Below are positions 8,487-17,227 of a DNA stretch of 64,000 nt, in pieces. The notes beneath the pieces were generated by a model. It ran no database searches and was not told the origin of the DNA. It saw only the letters and a list, made by a program, of their open reading frames with translations. Positions within the stretch are counted from its first letter, which is position 1, and each line of letters starts with the position of its first letter. This DNA is from Chthoniobacter sp. (lineage in GTDB: Bacteria; Verrucomicrobiota; Verrucomicrobiia; Chthoniobacterales; Chthoniobacteraceae): positions 40,210 through 104,209 of the forward strand of contig JAXDQW010000039.1 in assembly GCA_034667665.1 (NCBI GenBank). Direction: 5' to 3'. The translations under genes and the position numbers were made by a program.

Positions 8487-9143
8487 TATGAGCAGATTAT
8501 GCGCTCCGGACACGGCGACTTCGATGGCCCGTTTCGCGTGGTGCTGGCCGCGCACTTCGGAAAAGTCCACCTCGTAGGACTGGTGCCGCTGGAAGAATTC
8601 CGTGACATCCTCCCGGGTGGGCGTGAGCTGTCGCTCCCCGGTCAGGAATTCGAACGTCTCGCGCAAGGTGCGCACGCCAAACACGTCGATTCCTTTCACC
8701 ATCGCGGCTTCGCGGGCATTGGCCTCGGGAACGATGACGGCGCGGCGGCCTTGCTTGCGAGCTTCGAGCGCGATAGGCAGGACACCTTTGACCGGGCGCA
8801 CCTGCCCGGTGAGCGCGAGTTCGCCGACGAAGGAATACTTTTCCACCTCGAGCAACTCGACCTCCATGCCGACCGCGATCATGGCCAGCGCGATCGGCAG
8901 ATCGAAGCTCGGGCCCTCTTTTTTGACGTCGGCCGGCGCGAGATTGATCGTGGTCCGCCCCCGCGGCCAGTGATAGCCGCTATTGGAAACCGCGGTGGTC
9001 ACGCGGTCGCGGCTTTCTTTGACTGCGACATCGGGCAAGCCCACCACGACGATGGCGGGAAGTCCCGAGGCGGCATTGACTTCGATCTCGACCTCGAAGG
9101 CGTCCACGCCATAGACGGCAGCCGAATAGACTTTTGCCAGCAC
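8487..9143 (-). pseudogene. comM: 5' fragment (~219 codons) of a comM/yifB-type Mg-chelatase-like AAA+ ATPase gene, truncated by the insertion.
   Basis: 'VVGLPDVAVKESRDRV', 'TINLAPADVKKEGPSFDLPIALAMI', 'FSEVRGQHHAKRAIEVAVSGAHNLLI', then nonsense ('LWLIHPGGQLRSICVV') exactly where Walker A GPPGxGKT is expected. The rest of the AAA+ domain is missing. Confidence 0.85.
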
Positions 9144-9379
9144 GTTGCGGCGACGGTGGCAGAGACGGAGCGGGAAGTAAAACTTTGAACAGGACCTAAG
9201 AAAAGGGGTCCCAGAACGTATTACTTAAGGTGATTGACTACTGATGCCGCGAGATAATTTTTTTTCTTGAATTCCCCTGTCCCGCATCCATTGTAATCAC
9301 ATCAGAGTCACCAGAACGCATCCAACGGACCCCGTTCGCACGCATACTATTTGCTATTTAGAAAGCCAGAGGCACCAAA

Positions 9380-10258
9380 ATGAACTATAAATCAGGCGAA
9401 GACTCCGACTCGGGGATCAAAATCTACCTCCGCGAAATCGGGCAAATTCCGCTGCTAACGCCCGAGCAGGAGATCGAACTCGCCGCCAAAATCAAAAAGG
9501 GCGACAAGGCGGCCCGCTCGCTCATGATCCGCTCGAATCTGCGGCTGGTCGTGAAGATCGCCCACGACTACGCGAATCTGGGCCTCCCGCTTCTCGACCT
9601 CATTTCCGAAGGCAACATCGGGTTGATGAAAGCCGTCGAGCGCTTCGATCCGGCCAAGGGCGGCAAGCTCTCCACCTACGCCGCCTGGTGGATCAAGCAG
9701 TCGATCAAGCGCGCCCTGGCGAACCAGTCGAAGACGATCCGTCTCCCGGTCCATCTGGTGGACAAAATCTCCAAGATGCGCCGCGTGGCGCTGCAGATGA
9801 GCGAAGAACTTGGGCGCGAGCCCACCGACGATGAGCTGGCGGAAGAAGTCGGCCTGTCCGCGGGGAAAATCTCGCAGCTCAAGACCGTCTCGATTCGCCC
9901 GGCCTCGCTCGATGCGCCGATCAGCGATGACGACTCCACCGAGTTCGGCGAGATCGTCGGCGATCTCGAGGCGTTGACGCCGTTCGAGATGCTGCGGGAT
10001 CAGAACCTGCGCGACGAAGTCGGCGACCTGCTGCGGGTCCTCGATGACCGCGAGAAGAAGATCATTTTCTCGCGCTTCGGTCTCGATGGCGGCAAGGCCA
10101 AGACGCTCGAAGAAGTCGGCAAGAAGTTTGGCGTGACCCGCGAACGCATCCGGCAGTTGCAGAACATCGCGCTGATGAAGCTGCGCCGGGCATTGCAAAA
10201 GAAGGAGAAGCCGATCGAGGCGCTCCTTCCCTCGCACCAGGCGGACTTCGAAGAATAA
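9380..10258 (+). CDS. RNA polymerase sigma-70 family factor (RpoD/RpoS-like, 292 aa, no long region 1.1).
   Basis: '[23 protein letters not shown]', '[11 protein letters not shown]', '[18 protein letters not shown]', '[14 protein letters not shown]', '[28 protein letters not shown]'. Confidence 0.92.
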   Translation: MNYKSGEDSDSGIKIYLREIGQIPLLTPEQEIELAAKIKKGDKAARSLMIRSNLRLVVKIAHDYANLGLPLLDLISEGNIGLMKAVERFDPAKGGKLSTYAAWWIKQSIKRALANQSKTIRLPVHLVDKISKMRRVALQMSEELGREPTDDELAEEVGLSAGKISQLKTVSIRPASLDAPISDDDSTEFGEIVGDLEALTPFEMLRDQNLRDEVGDLLRVLDDREKKIIFSRFGLDGGKAKTLEEVGKKFGVTRERIRQLQNIALMKLRRALQKKEKPIEALLPSHQADFEE

Positions 10259-10281
10259 CCGTTCTCCCTAGGCAACCGAAG

Positions 10282-10318
10282 AAGGGCGCGTTCCAAGTGG
10301 GCGCGCCCTTTGCCGTTT
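10282..10318 (+). terminator. Hairpin after the sigma factor gene (AAGGGCGCG-loop-CGCGCCCTT followed by TGCCGTTTCT).
   Basis: 9-bp GC-rich inverted repeat starting ~24 nt after the stop codon, with a T-containing tail. Confidence 0.5.
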
Positions 10319-10741
10319 CTGGGTGCCGCGGCTTGGGAATCGACTCCCCGAGGCGCCGGTCCCCGGGGCAGAGCCCCGGAACGTCTGCGCACGAGGGCAC
10401 AGAGCCCTCGCGCGAGCGCGTTGTGCGGATGGACGCCTCATCTTCCACCCGTTAGCTTCGGCCCGAGTTGATTTTGGAATTTTCCACGCCGGACCGCAGC
10501 CGGACTTCGAGTTTTTTCTGGGAAAGCGGCGCACGCTCTTTTCCTTTCACAATGCGATCTTCGAGCTCGGCAAAAAGACAGGCCCAAAAGTTATTGGAAC
10601 CGATACAGAATACAGCAGTTCCTCGCAGCAGCGTGACGGTTGCCATCTGAATGAAACAGGCCACGCGCTTTGGGCGGCGAACCTTTCCCTTCGGGGATAC
10701 GAACTCGGTTATCTTAGGGCGAGGCAGTCTTTGGAAATCAC

Positions 10742-10984
10742 GTGACTCTGCGAGCGGAAGCCCTCCTTGGGGTCATCCGCGCCAAGAACCGCCTGTGGTC
10801 CTATTACTGGCGGCCGCAGAACTGGGCATTCCTCGCGGGGGATCGCATCAACCAGCCGTCGAGCCGCGACCATCTCGATTCGTCGAAACGCTGGTTCCCG
10901 GACGAAATCGAACAATTCATCCCGCTCATCGAAGCCAAAGAGCGCGAGATCGACGTCCTCGCCGCCCAACTCGCCAAACCATGA
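10742..10984 (+). CDS. Small hypothetical protein (80 aa).
   Basis: ORF track. Ordinary composition. Its stop overlaps the next ATG (ATGA). No family recognised. Confidence 0.3.
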   Translation: MTLRAEALLGVIRAKNRLWSYYWRPQNWAFLAGDRINQPSSRDHLDSSKRWFPDEIEQFIPLIEAKEREIDVLAAQLAKP

Positions 10985-11196
10985 ATCTGCTACCCCGATT
11001 GTCTTGCGCGGTGCTCGCTCTCCTCGCGTTCTCTTCCTACACCCTCGCACAGGAACCCGACAAGGACGACCCCGCGGCCGAGCTCGGTTCCTTTGCGTCT
11101 CTGCGCCTCTGCGTTTTCCACAGCCGATGCACCGCTACGGCACGACCCGGAGCTGGATGCTGTCGAAGCGTTCCTCGCCGGCGAGCATGTCGCTGA
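10981..11196 (+). CDS. Signal-peptide ORF (71 aa), probably a gene remnant.
   Basis: 'MNLLPRLSCAVLALLAFSSYTLAQEP' is a good signal peptide. After ~35 aa the frame runs into a dispersed CTTTGCG repeat and then overlaps the pyk 3' end. Confidence 0.2.
   Translation: MNLLPRLSCAVLALLAFSSYTLAQEPDKDDPAAELGSFASLRLCVFHSRCTATARPGAGCCRSVPRRRACR
11091..11119. repeat. Copy of the dispersed CTTTGCG(Y)CT(Y)TGCG motif.
   Basis: 'ctttgcgtctctgcgcctctgcgttttcc'. Related copies at ~33685 and ~50341. Confidence 0.6.
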
Positions 11197-12535
11197 CGAT
11201 GACGAGATGATCGCCCGAGGCGGCCAGCTTTTGCTCGACGAGATAATTCATCGCGGCACCGATCGTTCGGTTGGGATTGCTGTCAAAGGTGAGCTGATGG
11301 GGAAAGGTGCCCCAGTTGGCCGAGAGTTTGCGGCACAGCTCGAAGGTCGGCGCAAAGGCGTAGATCGGGGCGTTCGGACGCTGCCCGGAAATGTAATCGG
11401 CCATGGTGCCGCGGCGGGTGAAGACAACGAGCTTGGCGTCGGGTAACGAATTGGCGAGGGAGACCGCGGAATGCACGGTCTTGTGCCGATCGTTTTCGAG
11501 CAAGGCCTCCACGGCGAAGTTGGCTCCGCCGCTGCGCTCGATGCGCTGCGCGACTTTGTCGAGCACTCGCACGCAGGCGACGGGGTATTTTCCGACCGTG
11601 GTCTCGCCGCTGAGCATGACGCAGTCCGCCTGTTCGTAAACGGCGTTGGCCACATCCGTGATTTCGGCCCGCGTGGGGACGGGGTTGCTGATCATCGATT
11701 CGAGCATATGCGTCGCGACGATCACCGGCACGCCGCGCTGGAGACAGCGCTTCACGATCCGACGCTGGATGATCGGCAGCTCTTCCATCGGGCACTCGAT
11801 GCCAAGATCGCCCCGGGCGACCATGACCACGTCGGTGGTCTGGATGATTTCGTTGATGTTCTTGATCGCGAGCTGGTCCTCGATCTTGGACACGATGCGC
11901 GCCGCGCTGTCGTGGCTGCGGAGGACTTTGCGCAGCACCTCGACGTCATTGGGCTCCCGGCAGAAGCTGAGCGCCACGAAATCCACCTGCAGCTCGGCGC
12001 CGACGGCGACGTCGGCGAGATCTTTCTCGGTGAGTGGCGGCAGGTTGACCTTCACGCCGGGCAGGTTGATGTGCCGGCGGGAGCCCATGATCCCAGACGT
12101 CAGCACTTCGCACCGGATCTTGCTGCCCTCCTTCGAGAGCACCTTCATGTGGATGTTGCCGTTATCGACGAGCACGGTGTCGCCCACGGAAATATCATCG
12201 ATCAGCCCATCGTAATTTACGCCCACGGAGTTCACTTCCTCGCTGACCGTGCCGCGGACCGTGAACTCGAAGACATCACCCACCTTCAAATCCAGCTTCG
12301 TGGGCAGGTCCCCGGTGCGGATGGCCGGACCCTGCGTGTCCATGAGAATGCCCACGATCACGTCCAGCTCTTTGGCAATGGCTCGAATGCGGGGAACGAT
12401 CTGCCGCACCCACTCGTGGGTGGCGTGACTCATGTTGAGCCGGAAGATGTTCGCTCCGGCTTCGATCATCGCGTGCAAGACTTCCGCCGACTCAGTGGCC
12501 GGCCCCAGGGTGCAAATGATTTTGGTTTTTCGCAT
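11135..12535 (-). CDS. pyk: Pyruvate kinase (466 aa from 'MRKTKIICTLGP').
   Basis: 'KIICTLGPATES', 'NIFRLNMSHATHEW', 'MVARGDLGIECP', 'VIVATHMLESM'. The 88-codon upstream extension in the ORF track is encoded by heptamer repeats and is not credited. Confidence 0.95.
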   Translation of the reverse strand: MRKTKIICTLGPATESAEVLHAMIEAGANIFRLNMSHATHEWVRQIVPRIRAIAKELDVIVGILMDTQGPAIRTGDLPTKLDLKVGDVFEFTVRGTVSEEVNSVGVNYDGLIDDISVGDTVLVDNGNIHMKVLSKEGSKIRCEVLTSGIMGSRRHINLPGVKVNLPPLTEKDLADVAVGAELQVDFVALSFCREPNDVEVLRKVLRSHDSAARIVSKIEDQLAIKNINEIIQTTDVVMVARGDLGIECPMEELPIIQRRIVKRCLQRGVPVIVATHMLESMISNPVPTRAEITDVANAVYEQADCVMLSGETTVGKYPVACVRVLDKVAQRIERSGGANFAVEALLENDRHKTVHSAVSLANSLPDAKLVVFTRRGTMADYISGQRPNAPIYAFAPTFELCRKLSANWGTFPHQLTFDSNPNRTIGAAMNYLVEQKLAASGDHLVIVSDMLAGEERFDSIQLRVVP

Positions 12536-12658
12536 CGGCGACGGAAACCCGGTTCGCGCTGCAAAAGCAACGCGAAACGCCCGGGACCGGCGGCGAAACG
12601 ACCGCTCGTCCTCCGTCAGCCTGGAAGGAAGGTGGGGTGACGGTTGGCGCGGTGAGGA

Positions 12659-12773
12659 ACACCCAACACCCAATGGGACCTCGCGGACGTGCGCCAGCGG
12701 CATTGGATGTTGGATGTTGGGTGTTGGGTGTTGGGTGTTGGGTGTTGGGTGTTGGGTGTTGGATGTTGGATGT
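12659..12773. repeat. Heptamer tandem array with a short inverted arm. Ten TGG(A/G)TGT units, 12704-12773; arm AACACCCAACACCCAATGG at 12659-12677.
   Basis: Counted directly: 2x TGGATGT, 6x TGGGTGT, 2x TGGATGT. Six GGG runs are spaced by TGTT. Confidence 0.9.
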
Positions 12774-12796
12774 TCCTCACCTCTTCCTCCCGCCAG

Positions 12797-12860
12797 CAAA
12801 CGCCGAACGTCGAACTCGCCTCTCAGCGTTCAGCGTTCGGCGTTCAGCGTTCGACGTTTG
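12797..12860. repeat. Second heptamer/hairpin unit: CAAACGCCGAACGTCGAAC, loop, then GCGTTCA GCGTTCG GCGTTCA GCGTTCG ACGTTTG.
   Basis: Read directly. Imperfect inverted repeat plus 4-5 tandem 7-mers, between the stop of the 12871 gene and pyk. Confidence 0.85.
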
Positions 12861-12870
12861 CTGCCGAGGC

Positions 12871-15800
12871 CTACTTCGCGAAGGCCTTGTCCTTGGAATT
12901 TCCCGCCGACATCAAATACGCGACGAGGTCCAGAAGTTCGTCCTGATTGAGGGCATTGATCAGTCCCGGGGGCATCATCGAGACGTTGAAAGGCTTGCGC
13001 GACTTGATGTCGGACATATCCACATCGACGTGCATGTCCGGCGCCAGCGGGCTGGTCATGACCAGCAGCTTGCCATTTTCCTCAGCCACGACGCGGCCGA
13101 TGATGCGGCTTCCGTCCTTCTTCTCGATTTCGTCCGTGCCGTATTGATCGCTGATGACCTTCGACGGCTCGATGATGTTTTCCATGAGATCGCGCACCGT
13201 GTAGCGGCTCCCTGACCCGGTGAGGTCCGGTCCAATGTTGCCGCCTTCGCCGCCGAAGTGATGGCAGTTGATGCACAGCGTCGAAGCGAACATCGCTTTG
13301 CCCTGCTCGAAGTTGCGGCCATGCAGTCCGTTCTTCGCGAGAGCATCCACTTCGTCCACGGTGTAGTTCTTGCCGGGGCCCTTGGGAGCGACGAAATTCG
13401 CGGGCGGCGCGGGCGGCGCTTTCCTGGACATCTCATCGAGCGCGGCTTTCTCGTTCGGATCGGTCACGAGATTGGCCAGCGACTCGGTGCGGATGTTGTC
13501 CAGAAACTTGGTGAAACTATTGCCGCCTTTCCAGGCGTGGGTCCGCGGGAACCAGGCAAAGAAGGCCTTCCTCAACCCCGGCGTCCAACCCGCTGTGGCG
13601 TTGCGCAGCGCGTAGGCATAGGCGATTGCCTGGCGATTGGGACGGCTGGCATGCAGGCCCGCGACCGCGTTGGCGTAACCGGTGTTTCGGGCGAGCACTG
13701 CTTCGCTCGCGATGGTCACGTCGCTATCCTTGGCGGTGTCGAGGAGAGGAACGGTCTTCGCGACAATGCTCGGGGAATCCAGCAGCACCAGCATTGAAAC
13801 GAGTTCGCGGTTCACCAGCGGGTCGCTGTGCGGAAAGAGCGGATCGAACTTCGCCGCCAATTGCTTGCACACGTCGGGCGCGGGTTTGCCCAGGCGAGTG
13901 AACGCAAGCTCCCAGGCTCGCAGCAGCGGCAGGCGCAATTCCTCGGGCACGCGGGTAAACTCCAGCTTCCCGAGCGCTTCGAAGAGCCGCGGTTGCAGGG
14001 TCTTGTCGCCGACGCGGGCGAGTGCGATGAGCGCTTCGATCGCCGCCTGCGGATTCTTTTCCCCGAGCGCACGGTCGGCCCATTTCGCGGCCGGCTGATG
14101 CTCGATGGCGATGCGCGCGGCGAAGCGGAGGAAGCGGTCCTTGCTCGCGAGATGAGGCCACGCCTGGTCGATCGCCGCGGGTCCGGTGCCCTCGGCTTGC
14201 AGCGCTTCGAGCTCGTGGCGCAACTTCGCCTCGGCCGTCGGTGGAAGAGGGGCCACCGGCGCGGTGCTGTCCTTGCCCGTATAGACGACCCGATAAAGCG
14301 ACGACTGATTGTTGCGGCCGCCGACGGTCAGATACATCGCGCCATCTTGCGGCCGGATGACCACATCCGTCACCGAGAACGCCCGGCCGCCGATGAACTC
14401 CTCCTTTTCGCCGCGAAAGCTCGCGCCGTCAGGCGTCAGATGGATGGCCCACACCGTGGCGTAGGTCCAGTCCAGCGCGAAGAAAGCGCGCTGATATTTC
14501 GCGGGGAATTTCGCCCCGGTCCCAAAAATCGTGCCGGTGGGTGAGCCCGGTCCGATGTTCACGACGGCCGGCAGCGAATCGGCGTAGTATTCCGGCCAGC
14601 GGCCGGCGCCGGAGCGCCAGCCGTAGTCGCCGCCGCTCACGATATGGTTGATGCGGGTGGGCATGTACCAGGGCGTGCCCATGTCCCATTCCATATCCGA
14701 GTCATAGGTGAAGAGCTCGCCATTCCCGTCGAAGGCGAGGTCGTATTTGTTGCGGAAACCGCCCGCGAACAGCTCGACCCGCTTCGCGTCGGGGTCGGTT
14801 TTGCAGACGTAACCGCCGGGCGCGAGGATTCCCTTGGCATGGCCGTTCGCGTCCCACATGCGCGGGAGGACATGGTCTTCGCCGATCGCCACGGGCCGCG
14901 CGTACTCGAGGTTGTCAGGCAGCTTCGTGTGATTGCCGCTCGCCAGATAGATCGACTTGCCATCCGGGCCGAGAGCGAGGCCATGGGGGCCGTGTTCGCC
15001 GCTCCCCTGGATTTTGCGGAGGAGTTCGGGCTTCTCGAACTGGTCATCGCTGGGGCGGTATTTCAAACGCCAGAGGCCGGTCTCGCGTCCGCTCGACTTT
15101 TTTTGGCCGTCCGCCGTGGTCGTCGTTTCATTGACCATCACATAGAGGCTGTCGAAGGCGTAAAGAAGTCCGTGCGCCCCGCTGATCTCGGCTTTGATCG
15201 GTTCGACGGTTGTTCCCTCCTTGCTTCCGAGCGGCGGCACGGTCACCCGAAAAAGGCCGCCGTATTGATCGCCGGTGATCAGCCGGCCTTTCGGATCCAC
15301 GGTCATGGAAACCCAGGAGCCTTGTTCCGCTTTCGGCACCGAGTAGATCATATCCACGGTAAAGCCGGGTGCGACGTCGAGCGCGGCCGGATCGGCCGGC
15401 ACGGACCCGCCTCCGCGCCCGGACGACTGCTTGCCGGAGAAAGCGTCGCCCCAGGGCGCGGCGCCGTACTTTGCAATGACCGTCACCGGTTCGAAATCCG
15501 TGCTCCCGGCTGGCGCTCCCAGCCAGTCCGGCCCGGACTCGATCACCGTTTTTTTCCCGTCGGCCGTCTCGATGGTCAGCGTCGCCACCAACGCGGCCGA
15601 ACCATCCTTGTTTCTGGCCTCGAAGCGCAGTTCGTTTTCGCCCGCCTTGAGCAGCTTCGCGACGTCCACTTTTTGCGGGAACATCCAGTCCGGGTTCTCG
15701 CCGGCCTTGGCTCCGTTCAGCAGCGCGGTCGAGCCGTTGTCGCAGGTAAACTCGAGCGTCGCGGATTTCACCGCCCCGGCGATTGGAAAGCTCTTGCGGA

Positions 15801-15930
15801 AGGTGGCCTTTTCGCCGCCCTTCGCCTTCGCGCTGGTCCAGATCCAGTGCGGCTCTGCGCGCGCCGCGAGGGGCAGCGAAGCGAAACCGGCGGCGAGGAG
15901 GACAACACGGAGCGAGAGGGGGAGTTTCAT
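12871..15930 (-). CDS. PVC-type membrane-bound dehydrogenase-domain protein with HEAT-like repeats and a C-terminal c-type heme-binding domain.
   Basis: Signal peptide 'MKLPLSLRVVLLAAGFASLPLAARA'. Glucose/sorbosone-dehydrogenase-like propeller motifs. C-terminal 'CINCHHFGGEGGNIGPDLTG'. Confidence 0.8.
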   Translation of the reverse strand: MKLPLSLRVVLLAAGFASLPLAARAEPHWIWTSAKAKGGEKATFRKSFPIAGAVKSATLEFTCDNGSTALLNGAKAGENPDWMFPQKVDVAKLLKAGENELRFEARNKDGSAALVATLTIETADGKKTVIESGPDWLGAPAGSTDFEPVTVIAKYGAAPWGDAFSGKQSSGRGGGSVPADPAALDVAPGFTVDMIYSVPKAEQGSWVSMTVDPKGRLITGDQYGGLFRVTVPPLGSKEGTTVEPIKAEISGAHGLLYAFDSLYVMVNETTTTADGQKKSSGRETGLWRLKYRPSDDQFEKPELLRKIQGSGEHGPHGLALGPDGKSIYLASGNHTKLPDNLEYARPVAIGEDHVLPRMWDANGHAKGILAPGGYVCKTDPDAKRVELFAGGFRNKYDLAFDGNGELFTYDSDMEWDMGTPWYMPTRINHIVSGGDYGWRSGAGRWPEYYADSLPAVVNIGPGSPTGTIFGTGAKFPAKYQRAFFALDWTYATVWAIHLTPDGASFRGEKEEFIGGRAFSVTDVVIRPQDGAMYLTVGGRNNQSSLYRVVYTGKDSTAPVAPLPPTAEAKLRHELEALQAEGTGPAAIDQAWPHLASKDRFLRFAARIAIEHQPAAKWADRALGEKNPQAAIEALIALARVGDKTLQPRLFEALGKLEFTRVPEELRLPLLRAWELAFTRLGKPAPDVCKQLAAKFDPLFPHSDPLVNRELVSMLVLLDSPSIVAKTVPLLDTAKDSDVTIASEAVLARNTGYANAVAGLHASRPNRQAIAYAYALRNATAGWTPGLRKAFFAWFPRTHAWKGGNSFTKFLDNIRTESLANLVTDPNEKAALDEMSRKAPPAPPANFVAPKGPGKNYTVDEVDALAKNGLHGRNFEQGKAMFASTLCINCHHFGGEGGNIGPDLTGSGSRYTVRDLMENIIEPSKVISDQYGTDEIEKKDGSRIIGRVVAEENGKLLVMTSPLAPDMHVDVDMSDIKSRKPFNVSMMPPGLINALNQDELLDLVAYLMSAGNSKDKAFAK

Positions 15931-16078
15931 GGGGAGGAAGGAGGAGGGATGCTGGAGGGGAGCGAGGGGGCTCTGCAATCCTTTGCCTCCAGGAGTTTTT
16001 GGTCAATGCACCAAGTAGCTGCGCTGCGGCTCCCGTGCTATTTGCCCGACCCGGAGGTGAATTCCTTCTCGGGATTCT

Positions 16079-17227
16079 TCACGGAGCTGCGCCGGCGCGG
16101 GCGCGGGCGATGGCAAAGTCCACCAGCTCCTGCGAGTGGAAAAACCCCTCGAATAGACTGTGCCCCTGGCCTTCGAGCACGATGAGTTTTACCAGCGCCC
16201 CAGCGCCCGCCTCCTGCTAGCGGCGCACGAACTCCGCGGAGTTCTCCCGCAATGGCACCACCGTGTCCGCATCGCCGTGGATGAGCAGGGCGGGAACCGC
16301 CGCTTTGGCGAGCACGCCGATGCGCTCGATCGGATTGAACTCGGCGGCGCGGGCGGCCATTTCCTCCGGCGTCAGGTGATACGCGGGCGCTGCCTTTTCG
16401 AGTTTGGGATAAGTGCGGAAATCAAAGACCGGATAGATGCCGATCAGGCCCGCGACGCGCGCCGGGTTCGCGATGGCCCAACTGCTCACCCACAGCCCGC
16501 CGCGGCTGCGCCCGAACAGGCACGGCTTCGCAGCAAACCCGCGCCGCTCCGTCAACTCACGCAGGAGCGCGTCGAAGATCGCGTGGCTCCGTGGGCTGCC
16601 GTAAGCCTCCCCAACGTCCACTCCCGCGACGGCAATGCCGACGGCGAGAAACTGTTCGTGCATCCAGCGCTCGGCTTCGTCGGGATACGGCGGGAGCGTC
16701 GGCGCGTAGAAAATCCAGGGTTGCGGCTGGGAACGCCTGGCTGCTGGCGGCAGGAAGAGGAACGCGGGGCGGTCCGCGACCGTGAAATTCTCGGTGTCGG
16801 GCAGCGCGAGCCTGGGGCGCCCGCCAGGAGCCTTTGCGGGAATGGGAGCGGATGGGGCGGCGCTCGCGAGTTGTCGCTGGGGTGGTCCCACGCCACCACC
16901 AACCGAAACGAAACGGTTATTCTGCACGAGAATGATGCTCACCGCCGGATTGGTGAAAAGTTTCCCGGCAATGAGCCTGGTTTGGACCGCCTTTTCCAAC
17001 TGCGGCGGGGTAAGTCCGACCGAGCGCATCTGGCCAATCAGCGGCACGTTGATCGAGCCTTCCTGGCTGACTGTATATCGCGAGTTAAAGTCTTGCGAGA
17101 CCTCGGCCGGAACTCCTCCAAGGCGCATCTCCAAAATATCGCCGGGCCGAACCGGGGCGATGGTTTCAGCCGACCCTTCGGCGACGAATCCGTTGAGCAG
17201 CAGCAGAGCCAGCAGGAGGAAGCGCAC
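16079..17227 (-). pseudogene. Poly_export-like N-terminal domain fused to an alpha/beta hydrolase, interrupted by an in-frame TAG at 16217-16219.
   Basis: ORF track 16217..17227 ends '...HGDADTVVPLRENSAEFVRR*'. My in-frame translation continues 'QEAGAGALVKLIVLEGQGHSLFEGFFHSQELVDFAIARARAGAAP*'. That supplies the expected catalytic His after the GRSRGG nucleophile elbow and the HGDAD acid. Confidence 0.6.

Larger units (their letters stand above)
1..8487. mobile_element. Partial integrated element (genomic island or prophage-like) inserted in comM. Only the recombinase-proximal end is in the window.
   Basis: Disrupted comM abuts a terminal large serine recombinase. The cargo is unknown genes plus the TIR-cyclase giant. 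Composition at 4.4-6.5 kb looks more AT-rich than the flanking core. Confidence 0.7.

Noticed and set aside
9234-9297. Sigma70-like hexamers in the AT-rich comM/sigma-factor divergent spacer (TTGACT at 9234; TTGAAT at 9267 with TGTAAT at 9292).
   Set aside because: The spacings are 13-15 nt and 19 nt, which are non-optimal, and promoter consensus in this phylum is poorly known. They are not reported as features.
10452-10664. 70-aa minus-strand ORF in the spacer after the sigma factor gene.
   Set aside because: No recognisable family, no supporting signals, and it competes with equally weak plus-strand ORFs.
12704-12773. Possible CRISPR array.
   Set aside because: The units are 7 bp and directly abutting, with no spacers. 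It is a microsatellite-like tandem repeat.
12536-12799. 88-codon N-terminal extension of pyruvate kinase ('HPTSNTQHPTPNTQHPTPNIQHP...').
   Set aside because: It is encoded by the heptamer tandem repeats. Pyruvate kinases start at the 'MRKTKIICTLGP'-type motif.
14644-16185. 513-aa plus-strand ORF. It stands for the whole class of long antisense ORFs: 8472..9188, 20061..21710, 23476..24615, 30812..32293, 32470..33564, 38299..39834, 39732..41024, 42163..43647, 45788..46663, 53999..54955, 59177..60139 and 60681..62561.
   Set aside because: Each lies opposite a gene with unmistakable family motifs. Each has the Arg/Gly/Asp/His-rich composition typical of shadow frames in high-GC DNA.
16217-16219. 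Programmed TAG read-through or pyrrolysine recoding in the hydrolase gene.
   Set aside because: TAG terminates other well-supported genes here (12871 and 54065), and no Pyl machinery is visible. A nonsense mutation or a sequencing error is the simpler explanation.
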